Shown here piece after piece: positions 21,891 through 29,949 of a stretch of 64,000 bases of DNA. Made by a program: the position numbers and the translations under genes. Source of the stretch: Candidatus Polarisedimenticolia bacterium. GTDB lineage: Bacteria; Acidobacteriota; Polarisedimenticolia; Gp22-AA2. How positions within the stretch are numbered: the first letter of the stretch is position 1; each line of letters starts with the position of its first letter. A model generated the notes under the pieces. The model was not told where the DNA came from, ran no database searches, and was given only the letters and a program-made list of their open reading frames with translations. The stretch is from assembly GCA_050747445.1 (NCBI GenBank), contig JBOGOE010000229.1, positions 2,511-66,510 of the forward strand, given 5' to 3'.

Positions 21891-23918
21891 ATGAAACATC
21901 GCGGACCAAGCACCATCCTGCTTCTGACCGGCGTCCTGGGGGTCGCGGGTGCCGCGCCCCCGGCGGACGAGCCGGCGCCCCGCGTCGAGCGGGCCACGGT
22001 CGAGCTCGTGCTCATCGAGGCCTACGTGACGGACCGCGAGGACCGCGTCGTGCGCGGACTGGGACCGGAGGACTTCGTCCTCAAGGTCGACGGAATCACC
22101 CGGGCCATCAGCTCCGTCGAATTCAGGGATCTGGGGGCCGCCGAGCCGGCACCGGTGGCGTCCTCCGGCGAGGCTGATTCGGCGTCCGGTGTGCGGTCCC
22201 CCGTCGCCCACCCGCGACGCTTCGTGTTGTTCTTCGACGACGAAACGTCCTCCCCCCAGGGACTGGGTCTCGCCCGCAAGGCCGCGGACGAGCTCCTGGC
22301 CGGCGGTCTCCTGCCAGACGACCAGGTGGCGGTGGTCGCCTACCGGCGCCGGCTCGTCGTCCTGCACGATTTCAGCACCGACCGGGTCTCGCTGCGCCGC
22401 GCCGCGACCAGGGAGATCGACGACGTGGCGCGCGTGTCCCTGTTCAGCCTCGAGTCGCTGCAACGGGCCGAGGAGTTCATCGTCAAGCTGCGGACCGAGG
22501 GCCCCTCGGCCGCCGCGTCCATGCTCTCGGTGTTTGCTCACGAGGACCTCCAGCCCCAGCGCCGCGTCCTGCAGGCGCTGTCGGGGCTGGCCGACTCGCT
22601 CGCCGCCTGGCCCGGGTACAAGGGGCTCATCGTCATGGGGGACGGTCTCGCGGAGTACCCCGCCCAGGCCTACATCGATCGCCTCTATCCCGCTCCGGTG
22701 CCCCCGTCCGTGCTCGACGTCGTTCACAAGCACAACCTGACTCTCGAGATGAACGCCCTCATGCAGTCGGCTTCGGGCAGCGGCGTCACCTTCCATACCG
22801 TGCAGACTTCGGGACTGCTGGCGGGCAAGGCGGGCGATCTGCGGGCCGAGCGCCGCCGCTCGAACAGCCTGGAGAGCCTCGCCCTCAACACAGGGGGCGT
22901 GTCGTGGACCTCGAACGATCTCTCTCGAGGCCTGTCGGAGGCGGACCGGGGCAGCCGCTTCTATTACGTCATCGGCTACGCGCCCGAGGGTCCGGCGGAC
23001 GGACGGTTTCACGCCGTGAGGCTGCGGGTGAAGCGCGGCGGGCTGCGGCTCCGCTATCGCACCGGATTCACCCGGTTCACGCCCGAGGACGCGCACCGGC
23101 GGGCCGCTCAGGCCGCCTACCTCCTGCCGGAGATGTATCGCGATCTGGGGGTCACGCTGACTCCGGTCGAGGGCCCCGCGGACGGCTCGGGACGCGCCGT
23201 CGACCTGGTCGTCCACGTACCCCCCGGCCGCGTCCTGTTCCTGCCGCAGGCGGGACGGCCGATCGCCACCCTGGAGGCCGGATTCATCGCCATCGACGAC
23301 GCCGCGCGGGAGACCCTCCGGATGGCCAGACGCGTTCGCCTCGCGCTGCCTCCCGGCTCGCGGGCGGAGAGCGGCTCCGGGCTCAACCTGTTCGCGCGGG
23401 TCCGTCTTCCATCCGGCACCCAGACCATCACCGCCGTCCTGTCCGACCTCGGGAATTCGACCTTTGGCGCGGCGCGGGCGGTCCTGACGCCGCGGCCCGC
23501 CGGGGCGTCGATCCAGGGACTCTCCCTCTACTCCCTTTCGGAGCAGAGCCTGTGGGTGGAGCTGCGCCGGGCGGAGGGGGCATCCGGCGGCCTCGAGGAG
23601 GCGGATTTCGAGGTCGGTCCCGCGCTGCGAACCGTGTTCCGGCCCGACGAGCCGGTGGCCTGCGGCTTCCGCGCGCGGCCGTTCCCACACCTGCGGCTGG
23701 AGATCCGCGGCGCCCGGGGCGAACGTCGGTCCCTGGAACTGGCGGGTGGGAGCGGGGGACCCTTCAAGATGGCGATCCCGACCGCCGGACTGCGGCCCGG
23801 AGACTACCTTCTGGTCGTCAGCGAGGGGGGACCGGAGGCGGGCGTCGACCGCGGCAGCCTGGGATTCCGCATCCGCGCCGAACCCGCCCCGCCGGGGAAC
23901 GGCACCTCCGGCGGCTGA
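21891..23918 (+). CDS. Secreted VWA-domain protein (acidobacterial VWFA-related, TIGR03436-like)
   Basis: Start at ATG 21891 (MKHRGPSTILLLTGVLGVAGA signal). Recurrent motifs typical of the family (VELVLIEAYVTDREDRVVRGLGPEDFVLKVDG, FVLFFDDETSS, RFYYVIGYAP, FHAVRLRVKRGGLRLRYRTGF). The upstream 150 codons of the ORF are antisense to lolC/E and discarded. Confidence 0.65.
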   Translation: MKHRGPSTILLLTGVLGVAGAAPPADEPAPRVERATVELVLIEAYVTDREDRVVRGLGPEDFVLKVDGITRAISSVEFRDLGAAEPAPVASSGEADSASGVRSPVAHPRRFVLFFDDETSSPQGLGLARKAADELLAGGLLPDDQVAVVAYRRRLVVLHDFSTDRVSLRRAATREIDDVARVSLFSLESLQRAEEFIVKLRTEGPSAAASMLSVFAHEDLQPQRRVLQALSGLADSLAAWPGYKGLIVMGDGLAEYPAQAYIDRLYPAPVPPSVLDVVHKHNLTLEMNALMQSASGSGVTFHTVQTSGLLAGKAGDLRAERRRSNSLESLALNTGGVSWTSNDLSRGLSEADRGSRFYYVIGYAPEGPADGRFHAVRLRVKRGGLRLRYRTGFTRFTPEDAHRRAAQAAYLLPEMYRDLGVTLTPVEGPADGSGRAVDLVVHVPPGRVLFLPQAGRPIATLEAGFIAIDDAARETLRMARRVRLALPPGSRAESGSGLNLFARVRLPSGTQTITAVLSDLGNSTFGAARAVLTPRPAGASIQGLSLYSLSEQSLWVELRRAEGASGGLEEADFEVGPALRTVFRPDEPVACGFRARPFPHLRLEIRGARGERRSLELAGGSGGPFKMAIPTAGLRPGDYLLVVSEGGPEAGVDRGSLGFRIRAEPAPPGNGTSGG

Positions 23919-23931
23919 GGAACGCGCCGCT

Positions 23932-24699
23932 TCACGAGTCGGGTCGCTCGGCGCGCTTGCGGGCCACCCACGACCCGTTGGTCGCCTCTCCACCGGACAG
24001 GATGAAGTTCTGCCAGGTGCCCCGCACGGTCCGCCCGTCGGGAGCCAGGCTTCCCTCCAGGTCGGACGACCGTCCCAGCTTGGAATCGATCCGGTGGAGC
24101 AGCAGCTTGCCGTCCACGAAGGTCCCTTGCAGGCTCCCCTTCCAGCCCCCCTCGAGCGTGTATTCGCCCAGGAGAATCGTCCCCGACTGACGCAGCTGGA
24201 AGACGCCCTTGTCGCCGCTCGGGAGATAGGTCACGTCCCAGATGCCGGTCAGCGATTCATTGTCGGAGGGCAGGGTCTTCCGCAGGCGGGCGATCCGATC
24301 CGCGAGGATGTCGAGCCGCGCGTGGGTGTCGCGGATCTCGCTGCGCAGGGAGTGGCCCGCCCGCGCCAGGCCTTCGAGCTCCGACTCGCCCTTGAGAATG
24401 TCCGCCTCGCGCTGCTCGAGAAGCACCGGATCGGAGTCCGTCTGTCCCGAGATCATGGCGTCAAGGTCCTCGTAGAGCCGCGCCAGCCGCGCCGCGGCCT
24501 GCTGTCGGCCGCGGATGTGATCCGAATAGCGCTGCATCGCATCGTCCAGCCGGCGCTGCTCGATCTCCAGCTGCACCCTCAGGGTGTAGATGGCGGCGAG
24601 CTGCTCCTCGGGCCGCTTCAGGTCCTGCGCCCCGGACGGGAACGGGACCGCCAGCAGCGCCGCGCCCAGGGCCACTCCCCGCCATGCGCTCCGGCTCAC
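23932..24699 (-). CDS. Secreted hypothetical protein: signal peptide, coiled-coil, C-terminal beta-rich domain
   Basis: MSRSAWRGVALGAALLAVPFPSGAQD signal; heptad-rich middle; no recognisable catalytic motif. Last gene of the psd-pssA operon (4-nt overlap with Asd-like gene). Confidence 0.5.
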   Translation of the reverse strand: MSRSAWRGVALGAALLAVPFPSGAQDLKRPEEQLAAIYTLRVQLEIEQRRLDDAMQRYSDHIRGRQQAAARLARLYEDLDAMISGQTDSDPVLLEQREADILKGESELEGLARAGHSLRSEIRDTHARLDILADRIARLRKTLPSDNESLTGIWDVTYLPSGDKGVFQLRQSGTILLGEYTLEGGWKGSLQGTFVDGKLLLHRIDSKLGRSSDLEGSLAPDGRTVRGTWQNFILSGGEATNGSWVARKRAERPDS

Positions 24700-25739
24700 G
24701 CGGCGCCCCTCCCGAGGCCGGTTTCCAGGATGGTCTCGGCGATGCGCACGGCGTTCAGGGTGGTGCCCCCGACCAGATCATCAGCCGCCGCCCACAGCCA
24801 CGCGGACCCCTCCTCCGCCGGCCGCACACCCCCGACCAGGATCCCCGGCTTTCCCGCCCGCCCCACCGGCGTGACCGCCTTGCCCGGAGGCGCCAATTCG
24901 AGGTCCGGAGCCGAACGCAGCGCCTCCGGCAGCTCGGACGGCTGCCGCCCCTCCGGCAGGACGACCCGGAGGAGCACGGTGTGACAATGGAACACCGGCG
25001 CCAGAACCACCTCCACCTCGAGACCGTATCCATCTCCGGTCACGCGCAGCACCTCCTGCCGCAATCGTGCCGGATCGGAGCCACCGGGCATGGCGCCGCC
25101 CGCGTAGGCGGAGGACGGGATCAGATTGAAGGCCAGCTGCGACCCGTGGACGGCCGTGGGCAGGTCCTGGAAGTTGAGGACACCGAGCGTCTGCCGGTAG
25201 AGCTCGTCGATCGCCCCTTCCCCGGACCCGGAGGCCGGCTGGAAAACGACTGCGGTCGCCGCGCGGAGGCCGGGGCCGCGCCGGATCGGGGCCAGCACGC
25301 TCGAAAGGATCTGCGCCATGGGACCGGGAGCGGCGATCACCGACGGTGCCGGCGGGATCGCCTCCGGATTGACCGCGACGTTCACCACCGGCACCCCGGT
25401 GCGCTCCGGGGAGGCGGCGGTCAGGTCGATGGCGGTGAAGCCGATCCTCCGGGCCCACTCGTGATAGGGGAACGGTTCCGTGCCGGTCCCGCAGAGGAAC
25501 GCCAGATCGAGGCTCCCCAGCGCGTCCGGATCGGGTCTGGCGACCAGCATCGCCTCGCCGCCGAAGTCGGTGAGGTTGGCGTCCGGGTCCTCGCTGCTGG
25601 TGAACAACCGGACCGAGGCGGTGGGGAAGGCGCGCGCGACCAGCTGGTCCTTGAGGCCCTTGGCGAGCAGCGTGGTGGCCTCGAAGAGGGCGATGTGGGC
25701 CTTGAGGCGCGGCGGCGGGCGGGCTTCAGACCGCGCCAT
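24696..25739 (-). CDS. Aspartate-semialdehyde dehydrogenase family protein lacking catalytic Cys and Rossmann glycines (probable pseudoenzyme)
   Basis: Clear Asd-family blocks (FQPASGSGEGAIDELYRQTLGVLN, QLAFNLIP, VGGVRPAEEG...LVGGTTLNAVRIAETIL). The NxNCST active-site Cys position reads APGPMAQ, and GxxGxxG is replaced by ALFEATTLLAKG. Confidence 0.6.
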   Translation of the reverse strand: MARSEARPPPRLKAHIALFEATTLLAKGLKDQLVARAFPTASVRLFTSSEDPDANLTDFGGEAMLVARPDPDALGSLDLAFLCGTGTEPFPYHEWARRIGFTAIDLTAASPERTGVPVVNVAVNPEAIPPAPSVIAAPGPMAQILSSVLAPIRRGPGLRAATAVVFQPASGSGEGAIDELYRQTLGVLNFQDLPTAVHGSQLAFNLIPSSAYAGGAMPGGSDPARLRQEVLRVTGDGYGLEVEVVLAPVFHCHTVLLRVVLPEGRQPSELPEALRSAPDLELAPPGKAVTPVGRAGKPGILVGGVRPAEEGSAWLWAAADDLVGGTTLNAVRIAETILETGLGRGAA

Positions 25740-26484
25740 CGTTTCCCCCGGCCGTCGCCGGCCGCGCCTGCTCCTTGGGCGCCGCGCGGCCGGAGCGCGG
25801 CAGGAAGCCCGAGACCAGGTAGGCGAAGCTGAGCACCAGCCCCACCAGCTGGGGCGAGGCGGCGACCACGAAGTAGACGAGCGCGACGAGCAGCACCAGG
25901 ACCCAGCGGATGCGCGATCGAAGGTCGATCTCCTTGAACGAGCGGTAACGCACCTTGCTCACCATCAGTCCCGCCAGGAGCGTGAGCAGGACGGCAACCA
26001 TCCCCCCGGCGACCGGGTCGGTGATCCTCTCGGGGCTGTAGAAAACGCACGCGGAGACGACGCAGGCCCCCGCCGGTATCGGCAGCCCGACGAACCAGCG
26101 GCGGTCCTGACCCGGGGACTGGATGTTGAACCGGGCCAGACGGGCGGCCCCGGCGGTCACGTAGAGGAACGGCGCCAGGGACCAGGGCTTCGGAAGGGAC
26201 GCGAGGGCCCACATGTACGCCAGCAGCGCCGGCGCCATGCCGAAGGAAATGACGTCGGCCAGGGAGTCGAGCTGTACCCCGAAGTCACTCGTCGTACCGG
26301 TGAGACGCGCCACCCAGCCGTCGACCCGATCGAGAACGGCCGCGATGAACAACGCCACGGCCGCCCACTCGAACTCCCCCTGGATGCTGCGCACCACAGT
26401 GATGTAGCCGCACAGCAGGTTGCCGATGGTGAACAGGCTCGGCACCAGGTAGGCTCCGCGGCGGAAACGGGTCCGCTCCTTCAC
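25726..26484 (-). CDS. pssA: CDP-diacylglycerol--serine O-phosphatidyltransferase (CDP-alcohol phosphatidyltransferase family)
   Basis: Motif DRVDGWVARLTGTTSDFGVQLDSLADVISFG (D-x2-DG-x2-AR...G-x3-D-x3-D), 6 TM helices. Confidence 0.85.
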   Translation of the reverse strand: MKERTRFRRGAYLVPSLFTIGNLLCGYITVVRSIQGEFEWAAVALFIAAVLDRVDGWVARLTGTTSDFGVQLDSLADVISFGMAPALLAYMWALASLPKPWSLAPFLYVTAGAARLARFNIQSPGQDRRWFVGLPIPAGACVVSACVFYSPERITDPVAGGMVAVLLTLLAGLMVSKVRYRSFKEIDLRSRIRWVLVLLVALVYFVVAASPQLVGLVLSFAYLVSGFLPRSGRAAPKEQARPATAGGNDGAV

Positions 26485-27188
26485 CGGGCGGCTCCGGCGC
26501 CCGCGGCCCGCCCGGTTGCCATCGCGCCGGTGTCCCGGGCACGGGCCAGGATCGTCAGTCCGCCGCGCACGCGCTGCCCGATCGCCACCAGCGGCTCGAC
26601 TCCCGCCGGCAGCCGCAGGTCGGTGCGCGACCCGAACCGGATGAGACCGATCCGCTCGCCGCGCGACACGGCGTCTCCGGGGCGCTTGGTGCAGACGATC
26701 CGGCGGGCGACGATGCCGGCGATCTGCGTCACGCCGTAGCGGCCGTCCGCCGCTTCGAGTTCGAGGTGATTGCGCTCGTTCTCACGGCTCGCCCGCCCCT
26801 GCCACGCCGGGTGGAAACCTCCCGGGGTGTGGCGCACCGACACGACCCGCCCCGCCACCGGGGAGCGATTGATGTGACAGTCGAACAGGCTCAGGAAGAT
26901 CGAGATACTGGCCCCCTCAGGCTCGCGACGGACCTCGGTGACCCGGCCGTCGGCGGGGGCCAGCACCAGATCTTCCCCCGGCGGCGGGACGCGTTCGGGA
27001 TCACGGAAGAAATAGAGGAAGAAGGCGCCCGCCAGAACCGCCGGGGCCGCCCCAAGAGGTCCGAGGACGTACCCGAGCAGCACCGCGAGCGCGGCGGCTC
27101 CGAGCAGGAACGGAAATGCCTGTGGGGCGACCGGCACGATGGTTCTCCCTGCAGGAGGGGGCGGGCCCCGGGGCGACCGGGGCGCCAC
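26481..27188 (-). CDS. psd: Phosphatidylserine decarboxylase proenzyme (short PSD type)
   Basis: FLSLFDCHINRSPVAGRV and self-cleavage GS(T) region FGSRTDL. 4-nt overlap with pssA. Start position uncertain. Confidence 0.8.
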   Translation of the reverse strand: MAPRSPRGPPPPAGRTIVPVAPQAFPFLLGAAALAVLLGYVLGPLGAAPAVLAGAFFLYFFRDPERVPPPGEDLVLAPADGRVTEVRREPEGASISIFLSLFDCHINRSPVAGRVVSVRHTPGGFHPAWQGRASRENERNHLELEAADGRYGVTQIAGIVARRIVCTKRPGDAVSRGERIGLIRFGSRTDLRLPAGVEPLVAIGQRVRGGLTILARARDTGAMATGRAAGAGAAR

Positions 27189-27198
27189 ACACGTCCGT

Positions 27199-27447
27199 CT
27201 AGGTCCGAACGCCGGCGCCGGTCGCCCGCTCGATGCGGCCCCTGAGGATGGCCTCCATCCGGTCCTTCAGATGGAGCTTCTGTTTCTTGATGTTGACGCT
27301 CTCGAGGCGTTCGCCGTCGTCGAGGACCGCCTTCCCCTGGAGCTCCTGCAGCCGGGTTTCGCAGCGGGCATGCTCCTCAAGCAGGTTGCGGTACTCCTCG
27401 TCCGTTTCCGCGAGTGTTCGCCTCAGATCTTCGTGGATGTGCCCCAT
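27199..27447 (-). CDS. Small DUF465/YdcH-like coiled-coil protein
   Basis: 82 aa, MGHIHEDLRRTLAETDEEYRNLLEEHARCETRLQEL... Located in a different frame inside the longer spurious ORF 27199..28089. Sits 10 nt upstream of psd. Confidence 0.5.
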   Translation of the reverse strand: MGHIHEDLRRTLAETDEEYRNLLEEHARCETRLQELQGKAVLDDGERLESVNIKKQKLHLKDRMEAILRGRIERATGAGVRT

Positions 27448-27557
27448 CGGCCTCAACCTCCTGGGATGTGCAGGCTTTTCGACCGAACCTGACGGCGGGT
27501 CACTGGTCTCATCTGGCCGGAATTCTATCACCTGGGATGGCCCCCCGCAAGCCGCGG

Positions 27558-28001
27558 TCAGCCACGCCGCGGGACGATTGGGCGGGCCATGACGATGGCA
27601 TCCTCGTGGGTGTCGGAATAGTACTGTTTGCGGCGCCCGACGGCGACCAGCCCCGCCTTCCGGTAGAGCCGGATCGCCGCCAGGTTGCTCGGCCGGACTT
27701 CCAGGGTGACCTCCCGGCACCCCTGCTGGGCGCCGAACTCGACGAGAAACCGGAGCAGGCGTGTTCCGATCCCCCGGCCCCGGACCTCCGGGTGGATGGC
27801 GAGGTTGTTGACCTTCATCTCCTCGTCCAGCACCCAGACGCAGGCGAACCCGAGCACCCGCATCCGATCCGGGCTCTTGATCACGAACAGGCTGGCGTAG
27901 GGGTTCTCGAACAGCTCGTGGCGGAACGACGAATCGCTCCACGGCGTGGGAAACGATCGTTCCTCGATCTCGAGTACCCCGGGCAGATCGTCCAGGGTCA
28001 T
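27558..28001 (-). CDS. rimI: Ribosomal-protein-alanine N-acetyltransferase RimI (GNAT)
   Basis: GNAT motifs (LAIHPEVRGRGIGTRLL, RLYRKAGL). Adjacent to tsaB, the classic tsaB-rimI pairing. Confidence 0.8.
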   Translation of the reverse strand: MTLDDLPGVLEIEERSFPTPWSDSSFRHELFENPYASLFVIKSPDRMRVLGFACVWVLDEEMKVNNLAIHPEVRGRGIGTRLLRFLVEFGAQQGCREVTLEVRPSNLAAIRLYRKAGLVAVGRRKQYYSDTHEDAIVMARPIVPRRG

Positions 28002-28045
28002 CCCGGAGATGACGGCGGCCGTCGGCGATCGGGATCTGCGTCCCT

Positions 28046-28735
28046 TCAGGGTCGACGTCTCCGCCTCGCCACGTCCGCCGGGCGGACATAGTTGGGCCGC
28101 AGCGTGCCGGGCCGGTATCCGGTCGATCCGGCCAGGGTCTCTCCGGCCCAGACGGCCACCGCGCCGGCGAGCACCGGCGATGGATCCAGGGTGGCGAAGG
28201 TTCGCCCGGCAGCGGCCGCCTCGCGGATCAGGGCGGCCGCGCCGTCCCCGGCCAGCAGGACACCCTCCGGCAGGAGGGCCGGGAGATCGCAGGGCCTCCA
28301 GGCCCGGTCCTCCCCGGTCCGTGACAGCCCGCCGGGACCGGTCCGGAACACGGTCGCGTATACCTCCCCCCGCCCCGCCTCGAGGACCGGGCAGATCGCG
28401 GGTGGGGCGGGGTCGAGGTGCCGGAGCGCCGCCAGGGCCAACGCTTCGAGCGTGGAAAGTCCGCTCACGCCGATGCCCAGCGCGTAGGCCAATCCCTTCG
28501 CGGTCGCCATGCCGACACGGACGCCCGTGAACGACCCGGGGCCGGTGGTGACGCCGATGCCCGCCAGATCGGCGGCCTGCAGACCCAGCCCACGCAGGAG
28601 GGCGTCCAGCCGGGGCAGGAGATCCAGCGCATGGGCGCCGCGTTCCTCCAGGACCGTCTCACCCAGGAGGCGCCGGTCGTGCGCCAGGGCGATGCTGCCG
28701 CGGCCGGTCGCCGTGTCGATGCCGAGGTACGGCAT
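28046..28735 (-). CDS. tsaB: tRNA threonylcarbamoyladenosine biosynthesis protein TsaB (YeaZ)
   Basis: MPYLGIDTATGRGSIALA..., VTTGPGSFTGVRVGMATAKGLA. Start ATG 28733-28735 overlaps stop of upstream GGDEF-PilZ gene. Confidence 0.85.
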   Translation of the reverse strand: MPYLGIDTATGRGSIALAHDRRLLGETVLEERGAHALDLLPRLDALLRGLGLQAADLAGIGVTTGPGSFTGVRVGMATAKGLAYALGIGVSGLSTLEALALAALRHLDPAPPAICPVLEAGRGEVYATVFRTGPGGLSRTGEDRAWRPCDLPALLPEGVLLAGDGAAALIREAAAAGRTFATLDPSPVLAGAVAVWAGETLAGSTGYRPGTLRPNYVRPADVARRRRRP

Positions 28736-29949
28736 CAGCCCGTCGCGAGCAGTCCGCCGCGGCGGAGGAACTCCGTGATCTGGGCTTCCTGGTGCTCCCA
28801 CTCGAGCAGGAAGGCCGCCCCGACCTCGTAACGGCCCGCCTGCCCTTCGATCTCCTCGACGCGCACCACCCGGCCCCGGAGGGTCAGCCGCGCCCGGTCC
28901 CGGGCGTCCTGGCAGACGATGGTCACTTCCTCCCCGAGGACGTAGGCGCGGTCGCTGTCGAACAGCAACCCGCTGCGGCTGATGTTGCGTGGCTCGCTCC
29001 CCTCGTCCGGGGACGTCGCGTCCCGCGTCGCGTCCGCCGGTCCCACCCGGATCTGAACGCCACGCCCCCGCGTCTCGAAGCGGATGAAATTCCGCCGCTC
29101 GCGATAGTAGACCCCCACGGTATTGCCGCCCCGCGCCTTGGCCTGGTGCATCGCCTCCTCGCTCCGGCGGAGCAGGCGGTCGGCGACCGTCGCGTCGTCG
29201 GGGTACTGCGACATGCCGAGGGTCACGGTCATGCCGATCGGCCGGCCATCGATGTCCCGCCGCAGGAAGTGACGCTCGATCTCCTTGCGGATCCGCTCGG
29301 CCACCAGGAACGCCCCCATCCGCTCGGTCTCCGGAAGGATGAGCCCGAACTCCTCGCCCGCGATCCGCGCCGCCATGTCGATGTCGCGGATCTTGTTCTT
29401 CAGGAGAATCGCCACCTCGCGCAGGAGGATGTCGCCGACGAGCTCGCCGTACCGCTCGTTTGTCTCGCGGAAGTTGTCGAGATCGACGTACAGGACGCAC
29501 AGGTTGAGTTCGTACCGCTTGGCCCGGCGGGTCTCCTTCTGGAGGGCGGTGAGGAACTGGCGGGCGTTCCAGAGTCCCGTCGCTCCGTCCACGGGTGACG
29601 AAGGGTCCGGCCGTTCCTCGAAGGCCAGGTCGATCAGGCGCGGCTGGGTCAACTGGCGGTTGACGTTGACGAAATAGTCCAGGACCGCCACGCGCAGACC
29701 GACGTCCCGCTGCAGCCGGGCGGCCAGGGTCCGGCGGTGGGACAGCACCCCCTCCCAGTGACGGCGGGCCTCGGACTCCTCGAAGGGCAGACCGGTCAGG
29801 ATCAGCAGGAGCGCGGCGTATACCTGGAGGCCGCTCTGCGTGCGGATCTGGTCCAGCCGCCTCAGGATCCGCTCCTCGTTGTGAGCGTCCTCCTTCAGGA
29901 CGCCGACCAGCTCGTCCTTGTAGCGGGTGGCCTCTTCCAGCGTGATCAC
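28735..29949 (-). CDS. Diguanylate cyclase-like GGDEF (AGEEF variant, I-site RDID present) fused to C-terminal PilZ domain
   Basis: GGDEF-domain blocks (LYVDLDNFRETNERYG, RIAGEEFGLILPET, RxxD = RDID). PilZ motifs RRNFIR and NISRSG. GTG start 29947-29949 overlaps TGA of upstream paralogue (GTGA). Confidence 0.75.
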   Translation of the reverse strand: MITLEEATRYKDELVGVLKEDAHNEERILRRLDQIRTQSGLQVYAALLLILTGLPFEESEARRHWEGVLSHRRTLAARLQRDVGLRVAVLDYFVNVNRQLTQPRLIDLAFEERPDPSSPVDGATGLWNARQFLTALQKETRRAKRYELNLCVLYVDLDNFRETNERYGELVGDILLREVAILLKNKIRDIDMAARIAGEEFGLILPETERMGAFLVAERIRKEIERHFLRRDIDGRPIGMTVTLGMSQYPDDATVADRLLRRSEEAMHQAKARGGNTVGVYYRERRNFIRFETRGRGVQIRVGPADATRDATSPDEGSEPRNISRSGLLFDSDRAYVLGEEVTIVCQDARDRARLTLRGRVVRVEEIEGQAGRYEVGAAFLLEWEHQEAQITEFLRRGGLLATG

